From positions 14,172-78,171 of the forward strand of contig SVSX01000001.1 of NCBI GenBank assembly GCA_015064085.1: a stretch of DNA of 64,000 nt. Direction: 5' to 3'. The translations under genes and the position numbers were made by a program. Position 1 is the stretch's first letter, and every line of letters starts with the position of its first letter. The notes under the pieces were generated by a model. That model saw only the letters and a list, made by a program, of their open reading frames with translations, did no database searches and was not told the origin of the DNA. This document shows positions 18,255 through 26,832 of the stretch, in pieces. Source of the stretch: Oscillospiraceae bacterium. Lineage in GTDB: Bacteria > Bacillota > Clostridia > Oscillospirales > CAG-272.

Positions 18255-19622
18255 TTAGTATATCGGCATCGGCAATGGGAAGGAAAGAATATCATCTATA
18301 TTGAGATATACGTTCTCCTTCTTTGGGTGAAGCTGCATCATAAAATCTCTCGTACGGATAACTCCCGTATTGTGAGTGTTCAGACCCGTACCGTTGTCGC
18401 TGTACCAGAATCTCTCGCCTATAGGCCAGATATAAGCGTCAGCACCTATAAGCTCATAGCATCTTCTCGACACGTTGCCGCAGCCGTGGTGTCCTATCTG
18501 TACCACATCGCTCTTCAGCTTATCCGCCATATTGTTCACAAGGTCCATATCACATACGTACTCGGCGTCACCGAGAAGCATAATGCTCTGCTTTCCGTCA
18601 TAGATAAGCTTATAAACGACGCTTGAATCATTGATATCCATTTCCCTCGCGAACTCCATTTCGGGCACGTGAAGCACCTCTATCTCGATCTCATCGACCT
18701 TTATAACGTCGCCCTTCTCTACCGTATGCACTTTTGCGCCAACTGTACTCTCAGAATCGAGAAAGCGCTGGCGAATTTCTGCAAAGTATGCCCATTTTTC
18801 GCAGGAAAGCTCGGTATAGTATTCCTTTGTAATAAGGTTACAATAGAAGTTGTCTACAGTTATCTGAGAACGGAACTCCTCGTCACGGCAAAGACGGTCG
18901 TACGTTCCCCAATGGTCGGGGTGCATATGGGAGAAGATCCAGGCGGTAACGTGAGGCTTTTCGCTTCCCGACACCTTTTTGAGTATCCTCATAAATCTGT
19001 CACTCTCGTTCCACTGTCCGCCATCCATAACAACGATCTTTCCCGATCTCGTTCTGAATATAAGGCTCTGGGTATTCCACATTATATCCTCGGAGCAGTT
19101 CATACTGTACATAGCCGCGCCTTCAATATCGGCAGGCTCTTGAGCCCTGAGCTTTTTACGCGTGAAATCGAACGCATAATTTTCGGGGATCTCGAGCTCT
19201 TCGTTTTCGGGAAAGCTCTCGTAAGCCTCGTTTATAAAATCATATCCGAGTATATCCTCAACAAAACGGTATGCAGCCATCGACGTGCCTATTGATCCGT
19301 CCTCGTACAGTACCCCGGCGTTATATTTCTCGGCGGGCGCTCTTTTTGTTCCAAGACCCGTGAGATAAAAGCGTGTTCCGCACATACGCATTACATATTC
19401 CCACATTGCCGCGTCTGTCCTTTCAAAGACAATGTCGTCAAGGGCTTCTCTGTTGGTCTCACCAACCGCGATCTCAAGCTCAACGGGGGCTTCGGTATCT
19501 CTCACTATCTCGAGTGTCTTTCCGCAAACGAGCCTTATGTTGTCACGCAGAAAAGCTGCGGAGCGAAGCTCGTTTGTGTTAGCGTTTTCAGAAACAACGA
19601 TCCTGTAATCCTTTAATTTCAT
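18255..19622 (-). CDS. MBL-fold protein with a GH20b/DUF4838-like N-terminal domain, paralog 3
   Basis: SHMHPDHWG and IGHHGCGN motifs. I prefer the ATG at 19622 (MKLKDYRIVV), which is preceded by GGAGGT. The ORF-track start at 19730 adds 36 unlikely residues. Confidence 0.6.
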   Translation of the reverse strand: MKLKDYRIVVSENANTNELRSAAFLRDNIRLVCGKTLEIVRDTEAPVELEIAVGETNREALDDIVFERTDAAMWEYVMRMCGTRFYLTGLGTKRAPAEKYNAGVLYEDGSIGTSMAAYRFVEDILGYDFINEAYESFPENEELEIPENYAFDFTRKKLRAQEPADIEGAAMYSMNCSEDIMWNTQSLIFRTRSGKIVVMDGGQWNESDRFMRILKKVSGSEKPHVTAWIFSHMHPDHWGTYDRLCRDEEFRSQITVDNFYCNLITKEYYTELSCEKWAYFAEIRQRFLDSESTVGAKVHTVEKGDVIKVDEIEIEVLHVPEMEFAREMDINDSSVVYKLIYDGKQSIMLLGDAEYVCDMDLVNNMADKLKSDVVQIGHHGCGNVSRRCYELIGADAYIWPIGERFWYSDNGTGLNTHNTGVIRTRDFMMQLHPKKENVYLNIDDILSFPLPMPIY

Positions 19623-19655
19623 AGTTTTACCTCCACAAATAGAGTAGTTATCTGT

Positions 19656-19684
19656 ATTATAACACCCCAAAAAACAAAAGTCAA
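19656..19684 (-). promoter_or_regulatory. near-consensus sigma-A promoter for the MBL cluster (TTGACT-17-TGtTATAAT)
   Basis: The reverse complement reads TTGACTTTTGTTTTTTGGGGTGTTATAAT, about 30 nt upstream of the paralog-3 start. Confidence 0.6.
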
Positions 19685-19774
19685 TAAACCCTGCATTTTT
19701 TCGTTTTGATTTTTTCAAGAACACTAACATAAAAAATTTTGCGATATATACTTTTTCAATTTACTTCTTTCATC

Positions 19775-19976
19775 CTATTGTTTCAGAAACACAAATAAAA
19801 CTGCAAATTAAGTATAATTCTCCTTGATTTGCAGACACTAACATTACAAATCTGTAAAACCAAGGAGATTTTATATATATGAAAGCCACAGGAATTGTTA
19901 GAAGAATAGATGATCTTGGCAGGGTCGTTATTCCCAAGGAAATAAGAAGAACTATGAAAATCCGCGAGGGAGAACC
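19775..19976 (+). repeat. direct repeat, left copy: spoVT upstream region plus the first ~31 codons
   Basis: Collinear with 21516-21717 at a constant offset of 1741 nt. I count only three substitutions before homology decays after GAGGG. Confidence 0.9.
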
Positions 19977-20043
19977 GTCAAAAATAACATTGACACCTTT
20001 CGACGGCGATACACAGTATGGCGAAAAATCAAAAGCGAGGTGA
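19879..20043 (+). pseudogene. truncated spoVT 5' copy: a 54-aa ORF with an AbrB-type N-terminus and an unrelated tail
   Basis: My translation is MKATGIVRRIDDLGRVVIPKEIRRTMKIREGEPSKITLTPFDGDTQYGEKSKAR. It has the same RBS and leader as intact spoVT, and a terminator follows immediately. Confidence 0.7.
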
Positions 20044-20060
20044 AATTTACCTCGCTTTTA
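20031..20060. terminator. bidirectional terminator hairpin
   Basis: AAAAGCGAGGT-GAAATTT-ACCTCGCTTTTA, between the truncated ORF (+) and the M20 peptidase gene (-). Confidence 0.65.
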
Positions 20061-20065
20061 TATTT

Positions 20066-21412
20066 TTAGCCGCACCACTTGTACACTGCCAAAGCCAAAA
20101 ATTTGATGTAATTCAGATAGTCTACTGTATCGATGAATTCATTTGGTGCATGAGCAGGGCCGTTGCCGGGACCGCATATCAGACACGGTATGTTGCCGCG
20201 ATTGCCAAGATGTCTTGCGTCAAGTGCGGAAACAGCGCCAATAGGCAAGGTCTTGCCGAGCATATCCTCTCCTGCACTGAGAAGAACGGGAAGCAGATCA
20301 TGTCCTTCGGGGTAAACGTACGCATCGTCATAGTGAAGGAAAGAAAGCTCGGGTCTGTGCTCGGACAGCCAGGGATCATTATCCGAAGCTTGGTTGATAG
20401 CACTGCGCAATAGCTCCTTAATTCTTTTTATTCCGTCATCACCAACACCCATTGCGGCTGTGAAATAAGCTACGCCACTGATCGAGCACTCTCGCGCCGT
20501 ATTGGTTGCATAAGTTCCACCGTTAATAGTGCCGATTCCCAACGACAAACGAACTCCGTCTGCATTTTCCTGTTGCTCCATTTTGCAAAGAGCATTAATT
20601 ACAAGCGCCGCCTTCTCAATGGCACTTACGCCGTACATCTGAGCACCGTGCCAGCGCCCACCCGTATGGACCTCTCTTCCGGATAAGTGAATTTTCCAAT
20701 ATATTCCGCCTCCCGACTGGGTTCTTATCAAAAATCCACCGTCGGCACAAATAGCGGCGTCTGCCGTATATCCTTTGGCAACGCAAGCAAGAGTGCCGTT
20801 TCCTGCGTGTTCTTCGTTAACAGCGCTTTGGCATATTACGTCTCCGCGCAATTTTACGCCGATCTCCTGTAAAGCTTTAAGAGCCTTGACACAAGCCAAT
20901 ATACCGCCCTTCATATCACTTGAACCTCGTGCATAAATACGAGTGCCTACTTGCTCCGCTCCAAAAGGATCGTGTTCCCAGCGGTTTATATCTCCCACAG
21001 TAACCGAATCAATATGTCCGTTCAAAATGAGCGAGCGCCCACCGCCGGTACCTTTCAATGTACCTACTACGTTGGGGCGATCCTTGTAATTGAGCTTGTC
21101 AGCATATCCGGATTCAAGCCATTTCTCGTACGTGCAAATATCCGAGGTGGGTATAACGAGATCAAGCTCGGGCTCCCAGCTGGTAGGAAACTGTGCTATT
21201 TCAGGATATTTTTCAAACAACTCCTTAACGTCAGGCTCAAACACGTCAACATCCATGCCAAGCTTTTCGTATTGTGCCTTTACAAATTTCTGCGCCTCGC
21301 CTTCGTGTCCCGTAAGACTTGGAATACGTAAAAAATCTTTTAATTCATTAATGAGATATTCTTGGTTTTCATCTACCCAAGATGCAATCATTTGTTCAAT
21401 TTTATTTTTCAT
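20066..21412 (-). CDS. M20 family metallopeptidase / ArgE-DapE-type deacylase
   Basis: 448 aa with LNGHIDSV, ARGSSDMKGG and NEEHAGNGT metal-ligand motifs. Confidence 0.8.
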   Translation of the reverse strand: MKNKIEQMIASWVDENQEYLINELKDFLRIPSLTGHEGEAQKFVKAQYEKLGMDVDVFEPDVKELFEKYPEIAQFPTSWEPELDLVIPTSDICTYEKWLESGYADKLNYKDRPNVVGTLKGTGGGRSLILNGHIDSVTVGDINRWEHDPFGAEQVGTRIYARGSSDMKGGILACVKALKALQEIGVKLRGDVICQSAVNEEHAGNGTLACVAKGYTADAAICADGGFLIRTQSGGGIYWKIHLSGREVHTGGRWHGAQMYGVSAIEKAALVINALCKMEQQENADGVRLSLGIGTINGGTYATNTARECSISGVAYFTAAMGVGDDGIKRIKELLRSAINQASDNDPWLSEHRPELSFLHYDDAYVYPEGHDLLPVLLSAGEDMLGKTLPIGAVSALDARHLGNRGNIPCLICGPGNGPAHAPNEFIDTVDYLNYIKFLALAVYKWCG

Positions 21413-21515
21413 AGAAGATCCTTTTCAATATAATAGAAATAGAAATAATAGAATATTACAAAACTTTGCGCTTATTATAACATGCGCCTAAAGGCTTGTC
21501 AATACAAATACAAAA

Positions 21516-21717
21516 CTATTGTTTCAGAAGCACAAATAAAACTGCAAATTAAGTATAATTCTCCTTGATTTGCAGACACTAACATTACAAATCTGTAAAA
21601 CCAAGGAGAATTTATATATATGAAAGCCACAGGAATTGTTAGAAGAATAGATGATCTTGGCAGGGTCGTTATTCCCAAGGAAATAAGAAGAACTATGAGA
21701 ATCCGCGAGGGTGACCC
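21516..21717 (+). repeat. direct repeat, right copy (native spoVT promoter and 5' end)
   Basis: See the left copy at 19775-19976. Confidence 0.9.
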
Positions 21718-22177
21718 TCTCGAGATATACACCGATCGCGAGGGAGAGGTCATCTTCAAAAAATATTCGCCTATCGGAGAGCTCTCTTCCTTCGCCGCTC
21801 AGTACGCCGACACCTTATTTAAGACCTGCAATATGTCTGTAATTATTTCTGACAGAGACGCTGTCATTGCTTCGGCGGGTGTTTCAAAAAAGGAGTACAA
21901 CGAAAAACGGATTTCCGATGCCACTGAAAGAATAATTGAAAGCAGAAATCTTTACGTCCTCAGAGACGGAGCGGAAAAGCTCTTCCCTCTCGCTGACGGC
22001 GGAAGCCATTTTATAAGCTGTGCTATGCCCATAATCAGCGAGGGAGACATAATCGGATGTGTTGCCTCGCTTACCGATGCCTCTAAGGAAAAAAGCGCAG
22101 ACCGTCTCTCCTCCGAGCTCGAGTCCAAGCTCATTCTCGCGGCAGCGGGATTTCTCGGACGACAATTGGAAAACTGA
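21620..22177 (+). CDS. spoVT: stage V sporulation protein T (AbrB N-domain plus GAF-like C-domain)
   Basis: MKATGIVRRIDDLGRVVIPKEIRRTMRIREGDPLEIYTDREGEVIFKKYSPIGEL... is nearly identical at the N-terminus to B. subtilis SpoVT. The C-terminus is AAGFLGRQLEN. Confidence 0.9.
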   Translation: MKATGIVRRIDDLGRVVIPKEIRRTMRIREGDPLEIYTDREGEVIFKKYSPIGELSSFAAQYADTLFKTCNMSVIISDRDAVIASAGVSKKEYNEKRISDATERIIESRNLYVLRDGAEKLFPLADGGSHFISCAMPIISEGDIIGCVASLTDASKEKSADRLSSELESKLILAAAGFLGRQLEN

Positions 22178-22185
22178 ATATTGTC

Positions 22186-22233
22186 GGGCTGTCTCATAAG
22201 GCGAAACACCTTCTTTGCCGCAGAGACAGCCCC
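22186..22233 (+). terminator. long hairpin GGGCTGTCTC...GAGACAGCCC after spoVT
   Basis: 10-bp GC-rich outer stem followed by CATTTTCT. It is related to the GCTGTC hairpin family. Confidence 0.55.
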
Positions 22234-22307
22234 ATTTTCTCACTCAAACGACAGGATCGCCATATACTCGTAATAAGGCGATCTTATTTTACAATTGGAG
22301 TTTTACT

Positions 22308-22544
22308 ATGACAGAATATATTCCCCTTTCAGAGCTCCCCATCGGCACTGTCTGCAAGGTTGTGTCGGTAGATGTCGACAACCGTGAGCTCAGGCGTTTC
22401 AGTGACCTTGGTATAGTTGAGGGAACTATGATGAAATCCCTTATGGTAAGTCCTCTCGGTGATCCAGTTGCCTATCTCATACGGGGAGCTGTCTTCGCTA
22501 TACGGCGCGAGGATTCCTCGAGGATCACGGTTGAGAGGTACTGA
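22308..22544 (+). CDS. feoA: ferrous iron transport protein A
   Basis: 78 aa from the ATG at 22308 (MTEYIPLSELPIGTVCKVVSV...). SH3-like FeoA directly upstream of feoB. The ORF-track start at 22215 runs through terminator hairpins. Confidence 0.8.
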   Translation: MTEYIPLSELPIGTVCKVVSVDVDNRELRRFSDLGIVEGTMMKSLMVSPLGDPVAYLIRGAVFAIRREDSSRITVERY

Positions 22545-22546
22545 CT

Positions 22547-24421
22547 ATGCTTTTTGAGTCCGATACATTAAAACAAAGTAAAAATTTAAAAAAAGACCGT
22601 GAAGAAAACGAGATAACGGTGGCGCTTCTCGGTAATCCCAACGTGGGAAAAAGCACTCTTTTCAACCAGCTCACGGGAATGAAGCAGCATACGGGAAATT
22701 GGAGCGGAAAGACGGTGGAAATGGCAGAGGGCTATTGCAGATACCGAGACAAAAAAATTCGCATCATCGACCTTCCGGGCACTTATTCCCTTTCCCCTCA
22801 TTCAGCCGAGGAGGCGGTGACAGAAGAAATTATTTCCTCGGGAATAGCCGACTGTACGGCGATAGTCTGCGACGCGGGGTGTCTTGAGCGAAATCTTATA
22901 CTTGTACTTCAAGCTATGGAGATGACCGATTCGGTCATTGTTTGTCTCAATCTTATGGACGAAGCCGAAAAGAGGGGTATTTCCATAGACACCGAAAAGC
23001 TCGGTCAGCTTCTCGGCGTTCCTATAGTTCCGATGTCCGCGATCAAGAAAAAAGGTGTAAATGAGGCACTGAAGCTTTTTTCGGAAAGAAGAGGGATAAA
23101 AAAAAGGGAAACTCTTAAAGACCTCGCGCTCTCAATACCGCAGCAAGCGGAAACGATAGCTAAGGAGGTAATAAAACTTCCACGCGAAAGCAATGATATC
23201 TCGGGCTCTTCGGCTGACAGAATATTATGTGGAAAATTCACTGCCTTTCCCATAATGCTTCTGCTTCTGGCTTTTATTTTCTGGCTCACAATGGTGGGGG
23301 CAAATTACCCCTCTGCCCTGCTCTCAAGGCTATTCCTTTTCATTCAGAACAAGCTTCTCCTTCTTATGAACTCACTTGGCGCTCCCGAGTGGTTATGCTC
23401 TCTTCTCGTTCTCGGTGTATGGCGCACTCTCTCCTGTGTTGTTGCCGTTATGCTTCCTCCTATGGCAATATTCTTCCCTCTTTTTACGCTTCTCGAGGAT
23501 CTCGGATATCTTCCTCGCGTCGCTTTCAATCTTGACAGATGCTTCAAAAGGTGCGATGCCTGCGGAAAGCAAGCGCTGACTATGTGTATGGGCTTTGGTT
23601 GCAACGCCGCGGGAGTGGTTGGATGCAGGATAATCGATTCAAAAAGAGAGCGGCTCATCGCAATGCTGACCAACGTTTTCGTTCCCTGTAACGGTCGTTT
23701 TCCCACAATCACCGCACTGATATCGGTCTTCATTGTGAGTGTGGGCGGTCTCGTTGGCGGAATTCTCTCGGCGCTGATACTCGCTCTGCTGATCCTTCTT
23801 GGTTTTCTTCTCACGTTTATAGTCTCAAAGCTGCTTTCGGTGACTATTCTCAGGGGCGAACCAAGCTCCTTTACCCTCGAGCTTCCACCATATCGCCGTC
23901 CGCAGATTACAAAGATCATCCTCCGCTCGGTCATTGACAGGACTTTTCATGTCCTTATGAGAGCGATCGTGGTAGCCGCGCCTGCAGGACTCGTTATATG
24001 GCTTCTCGCAAATCTGAATATCGGTGACGTTACGCTTCTTCGGTATTGTACAGATCTTCTCGATCCATTTGCGTCGGTTTTCGGGCTTGACGGCGTGATA
24101 TTACTTGCGTTTATCCTCGCCCTCCCCGCAAACGAGATAGTAATACCGATCGTTCTTATGTCTTATTCCTCCTCAGGAATACTCTCGGATTATTCCTCAC
24201 TTGCGGAGCTCGGTCAGATATTACGCGCAAACGGCTGGACAACGCTTACCGCAGTATGCGTTATCCTGTTTATGTTATGTCATTTTCCTTGCTCGACCAC
24301 ACTTATGACTATAAAAAAAGAGAGCGGAAAGCTCTCCTGGGCGCTACTTGCCGCCATTATTCCCACCGCAATAGGTCTGCTTCTCTGCTTTATTGTCTCA
24401 TCGGTGGCAAAAATATTTTAG
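22547..24421 (+). CDS. feoB: ferrous iron transport protein B
   Basis: G-domain with GNPNVGKSTLFN and DLPG, followed by a polytopic membrane domain. 624 aa. Confidence 0.9.
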   Translation: MLFESDTLKQSKNLKKDREENEITVALLGNPNVGKSTLFNQLTGMKQHTGNWSGKTVEMAEGYCRYRDKKIRIIDLPGTYSLSPHSAEEAVTEEIISSGIADCTAIVCDAGCLERNLILVLQAMEMTDSVIVCLNLMDEAEKRGISIDTEKLGQLLGVPIVPMSAIKKKGVNEALKLFSERRGIKKRETLKDLALSIPQQAETIAKEVIKLPRESNDISGSSADRILCGKFTAFPIMLLLLAFIFWLTMVGANYPSALLSRLFLFIQNKLLLLMNSLGAPEWLCSLLVLGVWRTLSCVVAVMLPPMAIFFPLFTLLEDLGYLPRVAFNLDRCFKRCDACGKQALTMCMGFGCNAAGVVGCRIIDSKRERLIAMLTNVFVPCNGRFPTITALISVFIVSVGGLVGGILSALILALLILLGFLLTFIVSKLLSVTILRGEPSSFTLELPPYRRPQITKIILRSVIDRTFHVLMRAIVVAAPAGLVIWLLANLNIGDVTLLRYCTDLLDPFASVFGLDGVILLAFILALPANEIVIPIVLMSYSSSGILSDYSSLAELGQILRANGWTTLTAVCVILFMLCHFPCSTTLMTIKKESGKLSWALLAAIIPTAIGLLLCFIVSSVAKIF

Positions 24422-24430
24422 ATCATAGCA

Positions 24431-24464
24431 AACGGTCTGCCGCTTTCGTCAACGGCAGACCGTT
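24431..24464. terminator. bidirectional terminator hairpin
   Basis: AACGGTCTGCCG-loop-CGGCAGACCGTT, between convergent feoB and the EIIC-like gene. Confidence 0.7.
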
Positions 24465-24475
24465 AAATTTATAAA

Positions 24476-25543
24476 TTACGCGTCAAGCTTCATATATCCG
24501 TCCTTGACCCAGCCAATCCTTCTGAGTATCTCATTGAAGATAAACGAAAGAACTGCGGGAATCAGGAAGCAGATAAGGATCAAACCTATCCAATTGAGTG
24601 CTGATACCTCATAGGGATATCCGTTTTCGGGAGTCAGCCAACCGAGAACGATACCGATCGGTCCGAGAAGTCCGCAAGTTCCCATACCCGAGTTGATCGC
24701 CGCACCGTACATCTTAAGATCGAAAACACAGACCGCGAGAGGACCTGTGATAGCCGACGCAAGTGTGGGAGCTATCCATATCTGCGGATGCCTTATGATA
24801 TTTGGCATCTGGAGCATACTCGTTCCGATTCCCTGAGAGAGGATTCCGCCCCAACGGTTTTCCCTGAAGCTGATGACCGCAAATCCTACCATCTGCGCGC
24901 AACAGCCCGCAACTGCCGCCGCTCCCGCAATGGCAAGTCCCTCATTGCCGCCCTCGACTGCAAGGCTACCCGTCATACAGAGACCCGCGCAGATAGCCGC
25001 GCTGGATATCGGAAGTGTGAGACAGATACCGATGACAACCGAAACGATAATTCCCGTTATAAGAGGCGCTTGAAGCGCTGCCCAGCCGATGAATTTACTG
25101 ATATATCCGACCAATGTGCCTATATGAGGCGCGACAAGTATAGAAAAAACACCGCCGACAAAGACAGTCACAAAGGGAGTAACAACGATATCGATCTTTG
25201 TCTTCTTTGATACGAGCATACCTATCTCAACAGCGACGATCGCGATAAAGAAGACCGCCAAAGGTCCTCCCGCGCCGCCAAGAGCGTTTGCCGCGTAGCC
25301 TACCGACGCAGCGGAAAACATTACAAGGGGGTGAGCCTTGAGTGAGTAAGCAATAGCAGCCGCCATAGAAGCTCCCGCCATTGCCTGAGCATATCCGCCG
25401 ATCGTTGCCATAAATTCAAGGTGAGGTATCATTCCTATCGCCTTAAAAATTGTTCCGATGAGCAATGACGCGAAAAGTCCGAGCGCCATAGCGCCCATAG
25501 CGTCAATAAAATAACGTTTTAAGTACCTTTTAAAGATTTCCAT
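24476..25543 (-). CDS. PTS EIIC-type membrane protein (PTS_EIIC_2-like), orphan
   Basis: 355 aa, Gly/Ala-rich and polytopic. By memory it resembles PF13303 proteins. There are no EIIA/EIIB genes nearby. Confidence 0.5.
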   Translation of the reverse strand: MEIFKRYLKRYFIDAMGAMALGLFASLLIGTIFKAIGMIPHLEFMATIGGYAQAMAGASMAAAIAYSLKAHPLVMFSAASVGYAANALGGAGGPLAVFFIAIVAVEIGMLVSKKTKIDIVVTPFVTVFVGGVFSILVAPHIGTLVGYISKFIGWAALQAPLITGIIVSVVIGICLTLPISSAAICAGLCMTGSLAVEGGNEGLAIAGAAAVAGCCAQMVGFAVISFRENRWGGILSQGIGTSMLQMPNIIRHPQIWIAPTLASAITGPLAVCVFDLKMYGAAINSGMGTCGLLGPIGIVLGWLTPENGYPYEVSALNWIGLILICFLIPAVLSFIFNEILRRIGWVKDGYMKLDA

Positions 25544-25572
25544 TATGATTGCAATACCTCTTTTCCTGTCTA

Positions 25573-26106
25573 CTAAAAATCATTATTGCCTTTATTCAGT
25601 ATCGTTTCCCTGTCGGAAAGGCGTCTCTTTTTCCCTATGACACCCGCCACAATATATACCGCCATATAGATAGCACTGAAAATAATGAACGCCGCAAGGT
25701 AATCTATTATTCCTATCATATCGGCGTCAGCGGTCATACTTACATCCGCGCCGAACTCAAGGATCGCCGCAAGATATTTCACTCCGCCTGCCACAAAGGG
25801 CTCGAATTTCAAAAGCAGCGACACAAGAAGCTGAATAACAAGCGCTCCGCCAAGTCTTGCCGCCGCCCCCGCTCCGTCGAAGCTTGCCATACGGTAGGAC
25901 ACAAAGTAGGATACAGCGCCAAAGGTAGCAAGTACGGTCAGCAGTGACGCCACAGCTCTGACAATCACCTCTGCCATTCCTTCGATCGGGAAGATCATAT
26001 CGGCAACTCTCACAGCTATCATTGTGACGAGCAATGACAAAAGACAGGAAAGTACAAGCCCGAGCAAACACACGCCCATGCCCTTAAAAAGATTTTTTTT
26101 CATCAT
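25573..26106 (-). CDS. hypothetical membrane protein
   Basis: 177 aa with 5 predicted TM segments. No family recognised. Confidence 0.45.
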   Translation of the reverse strand: MMKKNLFKGMGVCLLGLVLSCLLSLLVTMIAVRVADMIFPIEGMAEVIVRAVASLLTVLATFGAVSYFVSYRMASFDGAGAAARLGGALVIQLLVSLLLKFEPFVAGGVKYLAAILEFGADVSMTADADMIGIIDYLAAFIIFSAIYMAVYIVAGVIGKKRRLSDRETILNKGNNDF

Positions 26107-26192
26107 TCAAACCTTCCTTAAAATAATTTCGCATACATTGTACCACATTTCTCATAGAAATTCAATACAAGTTTTTCTTTTTCGGAGCTTTT

Positions 26193-26777
26193 ATGAAAAT
26201 AAAAATAGGTTTTTTTGCGGTTTTGCTCTTTATCTCCCTCGCCATCTCACGAGGATATCACACTTTGATACCGTTACTCGCAGTAATAATACACGAAGGC
26301 GGACATATCATAGCGGCAGTCGCTCTCGGAAAGGGCTTCAGCGGACTTGAGCTTGGCATTTTTGGTGCTCGGCTCAACCTTTCGGAAAGGCTTCTTTCCT
26401 ACGGTGAGGAGTTTGCTATCTGCATTGCAGGTCCTGCCGCAAATATTTTAAGCGTATTATTCATACTCGGAGCATATATGAAGAGCGAGAGCGAGTCCTT
26501 ACTTTACTTTATACTGAGCTCCCTTTTTCTCGCGTTTATAAATCTTCTGCCGATAAAGACCTTCGACGGAGGCAGAATGCTTTTCTGTATAATAGCGAGG
26601 ATATCCGATGAGCAAAAGGCTGACTTTTTTTTGAAGGTATTTTCGTTTATTTCTCTCTTTTTTATTTGGTCTCTCTCACTTTATTTGCTTTTGCGGCATA
26701 CATCCTCTCTCTCGCTTTTCGTCTTTTCTGCCTCTGTTTTCGCCTCGATCTTCGTCGATGAGGGTCGCTATAGGTAA
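26193..26777 (+). CDS. minimal M50 site-2 protease family metallopeptidase
   Basis: HEGGH zinc motif in a TM helix, plus NLLPIKTFDGG (the NxxPxxxxDG motif). Only 194 aa, with no PDZ or CBS domain. Confidence 0.7.
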   Translation: MKIKIGFFAVLLFISLAISRGYHTLIPLLAVIIHEGGHIIAAVALGKGFSGLELGIFGARLNLSERLLSYGEEFAICIAGPAANILSVLFILGAYMKSESESLLYFILSSLFLAFINLLPIKTFDGGRMLFCIIARISDEQKADFFLKVFSFISLFFIWSLSLYLLLRHTSSLSLFVFSASVFASIFVDEGRYR

Positions 26778-26803
26778 ATCCAAAGATTTTTTTGAAAAAT
26801 ATA

Positions 26804-26832
26804 TTGCAATTCTATCGATTTTCTGTTACAAT
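26804..26832 (+). promoter_or_regulatory. sigma-A type promoter (TTGCAA-17-TACAAT)
   Basis: The -35 is at 26804-26809 and the -10 at 26827-26832, upstream of potA. Confidence 0.5.

Noticed and set aside
19623-19730. An N-terminal extension of MBL paralog 3 (ORF-track start at 19730).
   Set aside because: - The extension runs through the predicted promoter.
- The ATG at 19622 aligns with the starts of the two paralogs and has a GGAGGT RBS.
19801-19834. A hairpin, CTGCAAAT-loop-ATTTGCAG, in the spoVT upstream region (also at 21542-21575). I also attempted to assign a sigma-G/sigma-F promoter here.
   Set aside because: I could not fit GnATA-17/18-CATnnTA spacing to the sequence, so no forespore promoter call is made. 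The hairpin is real, but its role is unknown.
22215-22307. An N-terminal extension of FeoA (109-aa ORF).
   Set aside because: - The extension covers the two hairpins after spoVT.
- FeoA homology starts at the ATG at 22308, which has its own RBS.
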